Positions 26,001 to 39,480 are shown, counted from the first letter of the whole stretch. The stretch: DNA of 63,808 bases, filler included, from Octopus bimaculoides (GCF_001194135.2; 6 parts of 5 records of this genome joined end to end with filler, not necessarily neighbours in it), one strand, 5' to 3'. The notes: generated from the sequence alone by a model not told the origin. Numbers and translations: made by a program.

Positions 26001-27785
26001 TAACTGCAATTTAATGCGACATGAACAAACTAGTAATCTGTATACAACAGAGTATGGTATCAAAATGTCAATGAGGATAGATTAAATGCATATAGATGAA
26101 TTGAAGAAGTTATTATTTATAACACTGCATATAAAATTATTAATGCGTTAATATATACAACGGACTATGTAGTACTTTTTGAAAAATAGATTAGTTATTT
26201 CACACTTAAGGCACTTACCGTCTGAAAGATATGTATTGGGATCTCTAATAATATATTAGATGCATTAGCATAATTTTTGATTGTTGTTAATATAATACCT
26301 ACTCGTTGAGTGAGGTGAGTTTTACCATAGAAAAACGACAATACAAGCATTTGTATGAGCGAACTTCACACTTTTACACTGATTCCCATTGCTTTATATT
26401 ATTTACGAATATATCTTAACGTACTGCAATATAAGATCTATTCTTCTACAACAAAGAATTGTGCCGGATTTACTTACTACGATAGAATAGTTTAACGCAA
26501 CTTAAATCATTCTTAAATATTTACTCATAACATGACTTTATTCTTTCAGACACTGCAGGGACATATGATTTATTCGATTTCAGTAACAGTTCAAATCATT
26601 AAGTACGTTTCATTAAATCTCAGGCATTGACATTCGCTTGCGCCAAGTAAACTAAAAGCAACACAAAATTACTTAACTTATCTAATTAAATTGTTAACAT
26701 TGATTTATTGATTAATTCATTCCAGTTAGAAGAGAATAATAGTCACGGTGAATAGTAACGTTCGCTTGAGTTATTTCCCGCCATATGTTACGCATATCGA
26801 AATATGCAAATATGACATAAAACCCAAGATGTATGTTAATAAATTGTAGCTTAATAAATTGAAAACAATAGTTTTCAGCTGATTTCTAATGTGAGACCTA
26901 TTGAAGTGTTTCCATACTTTTCAAAGTTTTATCAGACGATGCTGAAGGAATGGAGGAATGCAGATGTTACCTATGGAGATTGCAAATCTGCCACTTAAAG
27001 ATTTCAGTCACAGATATCACAAATGAACGACACACATGCACACATATGCACATACACACACTTATACATACACATACGTAGTAGGAGTTTTTCACACCAT
27101 CTATGAGCACATTGCAGAAATATGCACTACGTTTAAAACGTTGGTTATACCAATTTATATATTATACACTTACCTGCCAACTGGCTGGGTCATATTTATT
27201 CATAAATATAGACGTCTGTGTATGTATATATACGTACACACATACATATGTATACATATAAGTGTATGCCACTATGTATAAAAATTACTTGCTCACAGAC
27301 ATATATGCATTTGTATACATAGGCAATCAGATATTTATAGATATATACAGATAACTACATATATATGTGTGAATGCGTGTGTGTGTGGGTGTGTGTGTAT
27401 GTGTGTGTGTGTGTGTGTATGTGTGTGTGTGTGTGCGTGCGTGTATAAAGAAAGATAGAGAAAGAAAGATTTTACAAGTTCTCTGGTCTCACTTATTTCA
27501 AATTATTATTGTAGATTTTCATTGATTCTTGACATTGCAACAACATTAATCTTCCTGCTATCTTCATATGATGACTAACTATTTAGTCTCATCCATATTT
27601 CTTTGTCTGGAATAATTGTTTATTTGCAACAGATCCTGTCCCTAGTACTTCTGTACCGCGCGTGCATATTTTATTGGTCTCTCTCATCTGAAATATGACC
27701 ACAATCACCGCTATATTATTCATATGGATTATCTCTGTTTGTGAGTGTGTGTGTGTGAGAGAGAGTTTGTGTGTGTGTGTGTGTG

Positions 27786-27816
<31 letters not shown>

Positions 27817-27849
27817 TGCTGTTTTATGTAAATGTTCCCGAGGACCTTT

Positions 27850-28400
27850 CCAACGTTGTATCTCGGTCAAGAACTGGTGAGAGATGGACGATGAGAACTC
27901 GCGAAGGATGAGAGAAAGATTGAGAGAAGTGAAGTCGGTGAAGAATGTGCTGATGGTGAACCATGGCAATTCGTGCCAATTTCTTCAACAGCAAAGCTTT
28001 TCCTGCAATGCTATATACATGTGGAACTTGACGAACAGAGGAGAACAACATATGCTTACGGCGCAGAGGACCATGGAATAATCAATGTTAGAAATGTCAC
28101 TAACAGATCGCATCCGCATCGAGGAGTAGAGGGATAGAACTGGAGTGAAGGATGTTGACGTAGAATACCACCACACAAAGCTACGATAGGCCGGTCATGT
28201 TATAAGGTCCAAAGATACATGATATATCCGTTTAGTTGCCGAGTGGCACTAGTGCTAAAAGAAGAGACCACTCGGAAATTCTTCAGTCTGGTGAAAAGAC
28301 GATTAAAGAAATATGTTTGGAATAACGTGGAGGACAATGGAGAGAGCAGAAAGGGAATGGAGCAGATACTGCAGCCAGCAGAGCTGAATCGGCACCACCA
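27850..28400 (+). mobile_element. RTE LINE 3' fragment
   Basis: YLGQEL, RANFFNS..FPAMLYTCGT, SMLEMSLTDRIRIEE.RDRTGVKDV, KLR*AGHV and KKRPLG, with stops. Confidence 0.85.
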
Positions 28401-29163
28401 TATAGTCTGGCCGATCCAGGTGATCTAGGTGTCAATGAATTACCTAATTGAACTTGATTAGGTAATTATTTAGCACATTTACATTGAGCGTAAGTGTCGT
28501 TTCAAGAAACTCATGAAATGCTATCTCAAAAATATATCAAAGCATAACGTTAAAACATACTTTTTTGGTTTGACAAAGATTTCATATCACACAGCTCACT
28601 TCAATTCTTACTAACCAACGCTCTGTTATGAATGACACATTCTAAGGGAATGGACATGGTAATAAATCCAAAATTATATACATAAGTATAGTGATAATAC
28701 TAACCTGAACGCTAGTTACGTAAAAGGAATGACTATGTACTAAAATATAGGTATAAGTTATATTTGGACTGTCAGGGTAAATTGCTCTGACCAAAATATA
28801 TTACTAAAAGTAAGAGTAATTTTATGTACAATAAACGTTCAATTCGGTCAGACAATCGAAGAGAAGAGAGAAAATATTGACAAAGCAAACGTGTAATGTA
28901 TCATACATTTTTTAACGTCTGTAAAGCAGACGAAGTACTATCTTGAGACAAGGAACGGAAATAAATTACGCCAAGAAGTAGAATAATGACAGTCGACTTA
29001 TACACATTTCTATCCCAGTGTGATAGCACTTCTCGTCTGCTGATTAACAGAAAAACTGTTGCAGTTACAACATTAAATATTTAAAAAATCATGTGAGAAA
29101 TGGTTTCTTTCACATAGTAACAATGATAAAAACAAGATATAAATAATAAAAATAATAATAATG

Positions 29164-29203
<40 letters not shown>

Positions 29204-29232
29204 TAATAATAATGATGATAATAATAATAATA

Positions 29233-29412
29233 AAGATGCAATTTGGCCTTGATAAATGTGCAAAAGCTACTTTTATCAAAGGAAAAATGACAAATACATC
29301 TAATGTGAACCTTGACCAGCAAAATGTCATAAAAGAGTTAGAACCAGCGGAGAGCTACAAATGCCTAGGGGTAATTGAAGGGGACAATATCAAGCACTCA
29401 GTGATGAGAGAA
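29233..29412 (+). mobile_element. R4/Dong-type LINE fragment (RT thumb), 5'-truncated at (TAA)n, runs into a gap
   Basis: MQFGLDKCAKATFIKGK...ELEPAESYKCLGVIEG lies immediately after (ATA)n at ~29145-29232. Confidence 0.85.
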
Positions 29413-29512
29413 NNNNNNNNNNNNNNNNNNNNNNNNNNNNNNNNNNNNNNNNNNNNTTAATTAATTAANNNNNNNNNNNNNNNNNNNNNNNNNNNNNNNN
29501 NNNNNNNNNNNN

Positions 29513-29575
<63 letters not shown>

Positions 29576-29796
29576 ATTTGCAGTTGAATGGTTGAATAAT
29601 TCATATATCACTACAAGCTGACGTATAATGCTGGTGGTGTGTAAGTGTGTTTTTCCATCGCGGTGTATGTTTATGTGTGTGTTTTTTGTGTATGTTTGTG
29701 TGCATATGTGTGTGAGTTTGTGTATGTGTGCCTGTTGCTGTTGACAACAGATATACTCATTAGGGTTACTTAACGTTCCACCTTTTATGAATGAAA

Positions 29797-29835
<39 letters not shown>

Positions 29836-30149
29836 GAGTGGGAGAGTGAGAAAAGGAGGGAGGAGAGAGACTGTGTATGTGTGTGTGAATATCTATGTGC
29901 GCATATAATTTTATGTCATGCCTGTATAAAGTTAATGGTTTTAAAAACAATTTTATGATATTTTACAGTCAATAAGATCTATAAGAACAAATACACCTGG
30001 GCACACACGCACATACAAACACAGATATATGTGTAAGTGTATACGTGTAATAGTGTTTGTATGTATATAAGAAAGTTTGTATGCTCACTTCTGTACATAC
30101 ATACATACATACATACATACATACATACATACATACATACATACATACA

Positions 30150-30353
30150 TGGTGGTTGTCTACTCCTTACACAGAGTTTGACCACTTCCTGCACCTACAC
30201 TTTAGCCCTTTCATGGCGTCTGATGTGGCTTTTTAAACCAGACAATGTTCTGAAAAAACACCCACACAGATTGCACCTCTGATTTGAACTACCAATGGCT
30301 GCAGGTATGTTCTGCTCATTGTGGATCCTAACATGTCTTTTAAGATCCCCATC
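30150..30353 (-). mobile_element. 5'-truncated LINE 3' end encoding C2H2-like fingers, embedded in (TACA)n
   Basis: GDLKRHVRIH...CNLCGCFFRTLSGLKSHIRRH...KV*, a ~45-nt UTR and an (ATGT)n tail. Confidence 0.55.
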
Positions 30354-30429
30354 ATACATACATACATACATACATACACACATACCTACATGTTGTATAT
30401 ATACACACACGTACATAACAGAGCTGATA

Positions 30430-30753
30430 TTGTTCTGTGGGACAGGAAACAAAAGTCATGAACAGAAGTTAGCTGTCCAACAGATGTGAATGTACCATCA
30501 AAAGTCCAGGAAAAGGAGAACAGTTATGGTGAATTAACACGGAACTTAAAGCTCTTGTACTCTGACTATAAATTCTCATTTCAACCCATCATCATAGATG
30601 TATTAGGCTATGTACCTAAAAACTTACACAAAAACCTAGAAATACTAGGTTTTGGGGAGAAAGAGCAAAAGAGACTGATGTGAATTCTCCAAATCCAATC
30701 TATTAGCGGTACAAAGAAGATTTGTAAGGCATTCTATAGATTCTCCAACTGAG
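30430..30753 (+). mobile_element. R2/R4-group LINE 3' end (endonuclease C-terminus)
   Basis: VSCPTDVNVPSKVQEKENSYGEL...QPIIIDVLGYVPKNL..NLEILG...LQIQSISGTKKICKAF. Confidence 0.8.
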
Positions 30754-30762
30754 ACTCTTTAG

Positions 30763-30769
30763 ATGATTG

Positions 30770-30841
<72 letters not shown>

Positions 30842-30945
30842 GCCTGCCTGTCTGTCTGTCTGTCTGTCTGTCTGTCAGCCTGTCTGTCTGTCTGTCTGTC
30901 TGTCTATCTCTCTCTCTCTCTCTCTGTATATATATATATATGCAT

Positions 30946-30980
<35 letters not shown>

Positions 30981-31021
30981 CATACATATATATAAATGGA
31001 TGTATGTGAGAGGGTGCGCCA

Positions 31022-31057
<36 letters not shown>

Positions 31058-31190
31058 TGTATGTATATATGCGAGTATGTATGATGTATGTATGTATGCA
31101 AGTATGTATGATGTATGTATGTATGTATGTATGTATGTATGTATGTATGTATGCATGCATGTATATGTATGAATGCATGTATGTATGTAC
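30763..31190. repeat. Compound microsatellite (ATCT)/(GTCT)/(CT)/(AT)/(ATGT)
   Basis: Direct reading. Confidence 0.95.
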
Positions 31191-32274
31191 ACAACGCACA
31201 CATACACACATACACTATACGCATATAATGCATAGATATATACACATATGTGTGCGTATGCATGTATGTTATAGCTCCTCACATTACAGCATGCGATGAG
31301 CTATAATGGAGCTGAGGTGACCGACCGGCATGATGAGATTGTGTATTCTTGACACTCTTAGAAAATACACCATCCGCCAGATTCGGATTGTACAAAGATG
31401 AAGGTTTAGCAATCTCATAAAACTTGAATGCCAACGCCATGTGTAGATTTAGAAAAGACTCAATAAAATTCACTTGAAACTATTGCACAACTAAAACTTT
31501 TGCTCTGTGTTTCGGTACTGAATTTTATTGTTCCTTAGATAAGGAAAACAAAGAGGTTTTATATGCATCGTCATATATTCAATAAAGTCTGATAAAATGA
31601 GGCTATGGTTTATAGTTTGCTGATCTCTGGACAAGACTGTGACATTTGATTGGCTATTCCAATGGGAGCTGATTAGTCACTGGATGGTATCTGACTACCT
31701 GGTGATATCTGATTGACTATAGTGATGTGTGATTATCTACTGCAATGGTATCTTATTCTTCACTGCAGTGATGTATGTTTGAATACTCAGTGATATCCAT
31801 CTATGGATTGGTTTTGTTGTGTTTATGCTTTTTTTTCTCAAGGCCATTAGCGGCGTAACTGAAGTGGAATAGCTACGTACAGCCGGGAACGGAATCCGAG
31901 TCGATTTCTCGGCTCGACGAGAGAGCGCGTCTACTCTCTGCGCAAATACATGCATGCATACAAACATGAGTACACATGTGCACGCGCGTGAGCGCACACG
32001 CGCACACACATACATCTAATACTGAGGATGCTGAATCAGATGAAGCGAGCTTGAATACAAACGTCCTTTTTGAAGCAGGTGGTGATATCATGGTGAGTTA
32101 TAGATAACCGAGTTATAGCTCAATGTCTAAGTTGTCTGGGTTTGACTGATGTCTTGTAGTTCGGTAGGTAATGAAGAGAGAGGAGAATAAGTTGGGAGGG
32201 AAGGAAATAAATAAATAGATAGAAAGAGAGAGGGAGAGAGAGGGGAGGAGAGAGATGGAGGAGAGAGAGAGAGA

Positions 32275-32316
<42 letters not shown>

Positions 32317-32774
32317 AGAAAGAAAGACGAGCGTAAGAGCAAGTCAATAAGGAAAGAAAGGCAGTAACCAATATATTCCCATATATCCATACACATGTTT
32401 GTACATACATACATACATACATACATACATACATACACACATACATGTATGTGTGAAAGTAGAGCAAAAGAATAAGAGTAAAAGAACTTGGTTTGCCAAT
32501 AGGCAATATGCAGATAGACTGAAATATAGTGAGCGCTCTAGTTGCCATCTATGTTAAAGTAAGGTTACTAGTTTAATTGGAGGTAACAAAAACATGATCC
32601 GTGGTTGTTAGGTTAAAAGCATCAACAGAAATTATTTAGAGCAGAAACTGTCTCTCTTTCTTTTTGATTACTCTTCACTCATTCTTTTTTCCAATAAAGA
32701 TATACATAATGAAGTTTAACACTGAAGAAAGAAATAGATAGGAGCTACATTATTATGAGTGAGACGGATTCGTT

Positions 32775-32842
<68 letters not shown>

Positions 32843-32856
32843 TCATTCATTCTTTC

Positions 32857-32888
<32 letters not shown>

Positions 32889-33838
32889 TGTATGTATGTA
32901 TGTATTAATACAACTTTACCATTATGGCTCATTCAATGATATAGATAAAATGTTTGTCTCGAGATTTTTTTTTATGAATGTAGACGAAACGTACATTTTT
33001 AAAATCTAGGTTAGATACTTCATATTTCTTGTCTGATCTAGATTTGTATCTTGTATTTTTTAAGTGTCAATGTTGTAGTAACCAATGAATTATTGTAGTA
33101 ACATGTTTCTTGAAAAGTGAATAAGGAAGCATTGAATTGAAGTAGTTTCACTTCACTTAATGCGTCTAAGGATTTTTGGGAAATGCATGAAAAGCGAACA
33201 ACGTCCGTTTCGTCTTCATAATGTTATAACTTCGGTAGACTTGTTTCTTCTATTGTTGCTATCTTATTTGTTTTGAATGCAATCATAACGAGTTATGGGT
33301 CTTAATAAGCCCGCAACTTACTCTGTCATTCTAAGATTTGCGAAGAGTGGTGTAAGCGTAGACTAAGAGGGTAGAAAAGAGTGTTATAGTCTTTCTCCTT
33401 GTACCTTTAAAACACAACACATAATACCTTAGGTCTCTTAATACTCCTTTAGAAACACAAATTCAATCACGTTTTTCTCACCTTGTCATCACCGACTGTC
33501 TCTTTTTATCTTTTAGACACGCCATTAAATATTTTACCCAGTTCTTCCACCTTAGAAATACAATCCTCTAGAAATACTTCCTTATCTATGATTTTTCCTT
33601 CTACAATTCTTCGACAGTGATTAAAGCTCCACGAGACCAATTTCTGTTTGCTCAACATTGGACCCTTCTGTCGTCTATATTTTCTCATCCGCCAGAAATG
33701 GTTTTTTAGTTAAAATAAAAAAATGTTAATATTCATAGCTTTCCAGTTCATGATTAAAGGATTTGAGATAGGTGGCTTAAAAAGCGCAGTGAATGGTGAT
33801 TTAGACTTATTGTAAGATTGCCTGAATCACTTCTATAG

Positions 33839-33953
33839 CTGGCATGAGCAACCTTTTCCGAGAAGCAGGCCGCATGAGACATGGTTCATCATCAGGCGAG
33901 TCACACTACTGAAAAAAAAAAAAAATGAAGCGGGTCGCAGTTTTCTCATGACT
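33839..33953. mobile_element. Short hAT (Charlie/Buster-like) MITE
   Basis: Termini ctggcatgagcaacc and gcagttttctcatgact, subterminal GC(A/G)GG(C/T)CGCA motifs, and 8-bp flanks ttctatag/ttctacac resembling the NTCTAGAN target. Confidence 0.5.
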
Positions 33954-34464
33954 TTCTACACAATTGTGTATGATCGACTAAATGAGTGATGGCAGTTATA
34001 TACTTAATTGTTTCTGATCGCTACTATACGGATACTTCATTTGACTTACTTGTGGCGGATAAGTAGCCTTTTGATAGAATACCCTTGCTAGGCATTTGTT
34101 TAAAGCTACAGAATTCAAAATTAGGTTCTATATTTGTGATTCGTTCTACTTCGTGAAAAATTTACATTTCTCATATGTCTGTCTTTAAGTTAGTGATTGT
34201 ACATTTCTATACGAGAAATATTTTAATAACGGGGAGACATATACACTAATAGCGAAATGATTAAACGATTATCGAGCAAAAATATTTAGATTTCAGTCTA
34301 AGATCTTGATGATGGATTCGTACCTAAGAAACTGTCCTAAAGATCTTAAACCAAGAGTTGTGTTATAAGATTTAAGTCCATGATTTGGTCGTAAGATTTG
34401 TGTTCATGACCAGTCCGAAATAATTGTGTTAAAGAATTGGCTGGGATATTTGTCCCTGTTTCAG

Positions 34465-34672
34465 TTTGCTACAAATAGAATTCAATCGATGGGATGCAGT
34501 AAAAGAGGACATCTCCCCTCCCCACCAAAAGGTCAGATATTGCAAAACGAAGGAAGACTAGAGGAATACAAATCAAAACTTAAAAGGACAAAGGTAGATT
34601 CTTATACAGTCGACAAAATGAGAAAGCCAGGGACTATAGAACCAATGAAAGCCATAATCAAAGAGAATGACG
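34465..34672 (+). CDS. Candidate internal coding exon (208 nt, phase 0 to 1), unknown product
   Basis: Acceptor tttgtccctgtttcag, donor G|gtaagg, and a fully open frame FATNRIQSMGCSKRGHLPSPPKGQ...AIIKEND. No recognisable homology. Confidence 0.35.
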
Positions 34673-34796
34673 GTAAGGTCATACATTTCATCAGAGAAGT
34701 CTTAGCAGCATTATAGTCCCCCGGGGTAAATCAATGCACTGAGCCCTACAGTATTTATTTATTGACAATAAACCACGATATATATAGATCAGAATT

Positions 34797-34858
34797 GGGC
34801 CTCTAGATCTGTGAGGCCCCTGGGCAATTGTCCAGTCTACCCATGTAGACGGTTCTGC
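34797..34858 (-). mobile_element. Possible hAT terminal fragment
   Basis: Reverse complement cagaaccgtc...gggtagactggacaattgcccaggggcc resembles hAT-Tip100-type ends. No partner end was found. Confidence 0.3.
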
Positions 34859-35389
34859 ATTTAATTAAGCTTGGATCACAAGAAGAAAATATTGGAAATT
34901 GCGGACATTTTGTCTGCAATTACCAGTATCGATAGACATCGATAGAAAACTATCGGTTATCCTGTGCATATGTGTGTATTGGTGTGTATGTACGCTAGAG
35001 CGCGCACTATGATATGACACCTCAAATGATTGATTATACCAGTTCGTGTGTGATACTTCATTTATAAATTTATTTTTGCGTATTCGTATGTCTATGTAAG
35101 TACTACTCTGTGTGTATGTGTGTGTGTGTGTGTGTTGTATGTTGTAGTGTGTGTATGAAATGGTGTACGTTTGTATCGGAGTGTGTTTATATGAGTCTGG
35201 CGTATATATATGTTCGTTACCAGATAACTCGTTTCATCTATGTGCTTCTATACTATAATTTATATGAATTGCTTATCATTCTTCTGCTCCTGCTAGATTA
35301 CAATGTCGACAAAATCACCGCTACCATCACTATTAGCATCCCAAACTCATACCCTACAACACCGCAGCCACCACCATCGCGAACTAATG

Positions 35390-35582
35390 AAGGAGTTGCT
35401 ATGTAATCTCTTGATGTGCCATAAATAGCAGCTTCAAATCTCCTTCAAATCACGCTCATCCATCTTATACAGACTACAATGAGGTCTTAGAAAGCTCCTT
35501 ACCCCGAAATATAGGGAATGATTAAGGCTGGAACGCTTTTGGCGCTAAGTCTGCTGGATCAGGACTGACCTGGGGATAAAAA
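35390..35582 (+). mobile_element. Dispersed retroposon-like repeat, family F
   Basis: GGAGTTGCTATG...AAATAGCAGC...AAATCT is also seen at ~37410-37450. Its 3' motif GGCTGGAAC..TTT....AGTCTGCTGGATCAGG recurs on the minus strand at ~39555-39620, ~39960-40000 and ~49260-49295, each next to a trinucleotide tail. Confidence 0.5.
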
Positions 35583-35936
35583 GCGAAACGATTTTTTTTC
35601 ATCATCCTCAAACTTATATCCACCACCACCACCACCACCACCACCACCACTACCGCTGCCGCCTCCGCTGTTGTCACATCATCGTTATCGCATCATCGCC
35701 ATCATCGTCATCATCATCATCATCATCATCATCATTATCATCATGGTCATCACTTCATTTGTTACCACCACCATCTTACCACATGGGCCAATAGACAGCC
35801 TCGCTATAAAGATTGTCATAATTATCTCCCGCCACCTAACACGATCTCCATTTTTTTGGCGTGTTGGCTGCAACATTGTTCTGAACTCATCTTCATGCAT
35901 GTGTGTCTTCACGTTTGTGTTCGTACCCCACCTACC

Positions 35937-36120
35937 TTTTGACCACTAGTATTGGTTTGTTTACATTCTCATTATCTAACCGGTCCGGCATAAGGTCTAC
36001 AGAATAAGTACCAGGCTTAAAAATAAGTACTGGGGTCGATTCGTTCGACTAAAACCCTTCAAGGCGGTGCCCCAGCATGGTCGCAGTTCGATGAATGAAA
36101 CAAGTAAAAGATAAAAGATA
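35937..36120 (+). mobile_element. SINE family B, 3' half
   Basis: AGAATAAGTACC...CTGGGGTCGAT...GGCGGTGCCCCAGCATGG...GAAACAAGTAAAAGATAAAAGA tail. Confidence 0.8.
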
Positions 36121-36838
36121 TGAGATAAAACAAAACAGCTATTTTAAAGCCAGTAATGAGCGTTACTCATCAAAGATTTCATTAAAGAAATATATAATTG
36201 CTCTTAAATCGACTTAAATTAACAGTTATGAACGCCTGGATTAGGTTCATTTTGTTCGGGTTTCACGTTTAACTTGTAAAGAAAATATACTTGTCAGTCA
36301 AAGAACACGTACGGTTTCAAGTAAGCCGAGTTAAGTGTATTTATAAATATTTTTCTAATGAAATTCTGAGTGCTGCTTAACTGCCAGATTTAGATTAGAT
36401 ATTGTCTTTGTTAAAAATTGTGAGTAAATATGCTATGAACTGACTTGGGACTGCTTGTTGACTGCTTGTTTATCCCTTTGTATTTGGAATATGCTTTCCT
36501 TGCACCCAAAACGACCATACATGTATGTATAGCTGCTTGTGTGTATGAAAGTGTATGCGTATATTTGCTTACATACATACATATATGCATACATGCATAC
36601 ATGCATACATACATACACACATACACATATACACATATACATACATACGTACATACATATCTATCTATCTATCTATCTATCTGTCTGTATGTGTGTGTGT
36701 GTGTATGTATCTTTATGTCTGTCTGTCTGTCTCTCTACCCCCCTCTCTCTCTGTATACACACACACACATGTGCAAATATGTATTTGTTTAGAGACATAA
36801 TATATGTGTGTGTGCGTGCGCGTGTCTGAGTCTGTGTG

Positions 36839-36900
36839 TGAATCGATTACGTGGCGTTGTTTCAGCACATATTTTAAAATTACGCCATGTAATCGAATCA
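36839..36900. other. 62-nt near-perfect hairpin (pre-miRNA-like or mini-MITE)
   Basis: Arms 36839-36862 and 36877-36900 give 24 positions with 20 Watson-Crick pairs, 2 G-U and 2 mismatches, around a 14-nt loop. Confidence 0.6.
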
Positions 36901-37981
36901 TCAGGAGCATGCATCTGGCTTTGCAGACAGCATTATTCAGCTCCTCAAAAGAAAACCCAAAAGTTAACATATCATTGAATAAACTGATAAATTCAACAAA
37001 TTATGTTTGCCAAACAGAAACAAGAAACTCCAGAATAAAATATTGAACGGGAAAGAAATAATGTCGTTACCAAATTCTCCAACGTATATGATTAGGAAGA
37101 AAATATTTTTAAAAATCTCAACAGAGCAGACGACATTAGAACATGTCAAACAACTCAATGTGAAAAAGAATGAAAGAAGCCTATGCATGTGTCCCTCCAT
37201 ATGCAAGATATAATTGCTAAATCTTGATCAAATCCTACAATGTTGCCTTAAAAAAAGGGATATATTTTGTAATTCAATCTTAATCATACAAGGTAGAGAA
37301 TGGATAGAACGACTTCGATTATTGATCAGCTCGATTGATGTTGACCTAGAATTAAGCAACAACATCATTAACAAATACATGTAAACTATACGAGCGGATA
37401 AAGGAGTTGCTACATGGCCACTCTGTTTGCCAGAAATAGTAGTTAAATCTTAATCAAAGTATATATTCCTGGTACATCCTCCTAGCTTCGGCCTCTGTAG
37501 AATAAAGATGAGATAACTATAATAGCTATAAGGTCTTACTTGAGGCAATAAACGATAGCAGAACAGATTGTGGCCATAGGAAATACTATTACGAAACTAT
37601 ATAAGAACACAGCTCAATCAAACCTTAAATGTCCGTAGAAGTGAGATTCATAAACTGACATACGTATGGAAATTATCATCGGTACCATTTTCTATTGACT
37701 ACATCTTGCGATGTATACAACATGACGGACTTGTCACATAACCAGTTTCATCAGAGCGTCCAAAGATCATCTGTAGTCGCAGTACCACTTGATTGTGATT
37801 TTAGATGATCACGCTTCGCCCTCCCGTTGTTCGGTTCCCAGACAACGACTTAGCCGGCACGCAATTTTTATATCTCAAACAGTAGCCAGATAAGCTACAA
37901 CAGTCTTCCTGCTATTCTGTTTGTTGGTCAGATAAAATAAGGTCTCAATAGTGTTTATCATTTGTCAGTTTCAACATTCAG

Positions 37982-38100
37982 CTGACACTGACGGCCATCT
38001 AGAATATTCGACTGTAGCAACAAATGAGGGACTTGACAATGAACCTAATGAAGCTTCAAGTTACACACCGATAAGTGATGATTACCTAGATTGCTGCTAA
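37982..38100 (+). other. Candidate terminal exon (phase 1 start; speculative)
   Basis: tttcaacattcag|CT GAC... gives (A)DTDGHLEYSTVATNEGLDNEPNEASSYTPISDDYLDCC*, phase-compatible with the 34465-34672 exon. Confidence 0.25.
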
Positions 38101-38442
38101 GAAAATTCTCAACTTGAGTTGAATGGGGAGTCTGGAGGTCCAGATGTTCTTTATAGAATTTACCGCTTTTCAAGCAAGGCAACTACAAATCTTGATGTCC
38201 TTGTTTATTCAAACAAATACTTTATAAATAGATATATTATACGTTACGCATGTCTTTCTGTAAGTTGACGCAAATCGGCTTGTGTGAACCATTTCCGTAT
38301 ATTTCTACATATTTCCGTACTGAGACACATGGAGTGTGTTAGAGAAAAAGCGGTACACATGTAATGCATATTTAGAGAGAAAACAACAATGAGACGAAAA
38401 GGATATGTAGAGTGAGGTGTGTACACTTACATAAATAGATAA

Positions 38443-38443
38443 T

Positions 38444-38480
<37 letters not shown>

Positions 38481-38546
38481 AGGAAAGGGAGACAGATAGA
38501 TAGATACACAAACAGACAGACGGCCAGGTAGCTAGATAGATAGATG

Positions 38547-38586
<40 letters not shown>

Positions 38587-39480
38587 TGCAGAGATAGCAT
38601 TATAAAACGACTCATAGGTGAATACATACATAGATAAATATATGGATAAATGGATATTCAGATACATGAATACACATACATACACAGGTTAAGGATAAGC
38701 GATATAAGAAAAGAGAGAAATACTGGAGGAGAATTATAGAGATGATGATGATGATGATGACGATGATGATGAGGGGAGGAGACAGAAGACAAGAAGAAGA
38801 AGAAGAAGAAGTATTTAGTGGGGAGATATAAAGAAACGTGTACAAGTAACAAGAGAATTAGCAATAAAAGAACTCAACAGATAGCAACAACTTGGGAGAG
38901 CAAGTGGGATAAAAACAAATGGGAAAACAGTTTTTATGAGAGAGGGAAAGAGAGAGAGAGAAAGGGGGAGAGAGGGGGAGAGAGAAGGAGAGAGAAAGGT
39001 GGAGAGAGAAAGATGGAGAGAGAGACATGCGCGAAGAGTGAGTAAAAATCAAAGAAATAGATGGTGAATGAGAGAGAGAGAAAATTAAATTAGAGAGAAA
39101 GGACAAGAATGAGAAAGAGTTAGAGAAAAAGAAAGCATATAGTGACAGAGGGAGAGAGAGAGAGAGAGAGATAGTGGGAGAGTGAGAGAGAGAGGGAGAG
39201 AAAGAGAGCAAGAGCAAGAGAAAATTAATGAAAATAATGTGATGGCAAATAAAAGAAAAAAAAAGAAAAGAGGGAGAGAAAGAGAGAATGGTATAAAAAG
39301 GGACAGGGAGAAAAATGGAGGAAAGATGGGCGGTGGTGGGGAGGAGGAAGAGTTAGTGACAAAGCCAGAGTTGCATAGAGAGAAAATAAGGGAGAATGAG
39401 AAAAGAAAAAAAAACAAAAAAAAAAACGAACCCCAACAAAACAATATCAGAAAGAAAATCAATAACGATATAAAACAAGG
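38443..39480. repeat. Purine-rich low-complexity tract, (GA)n/(GATA)n/(GAT)n/(GAA)n
   Basis: Direct reading. It is the source of the E/R/K-rich and S/L-rich spurious ORFs. Confidence 0.9.

Noticed and set aside
33506-33688. 60-aa minus-strand ORF with protein-like composition
   Set aside because: No motif, homology or convincing splice sites. ORFs of this length are expected by chance.
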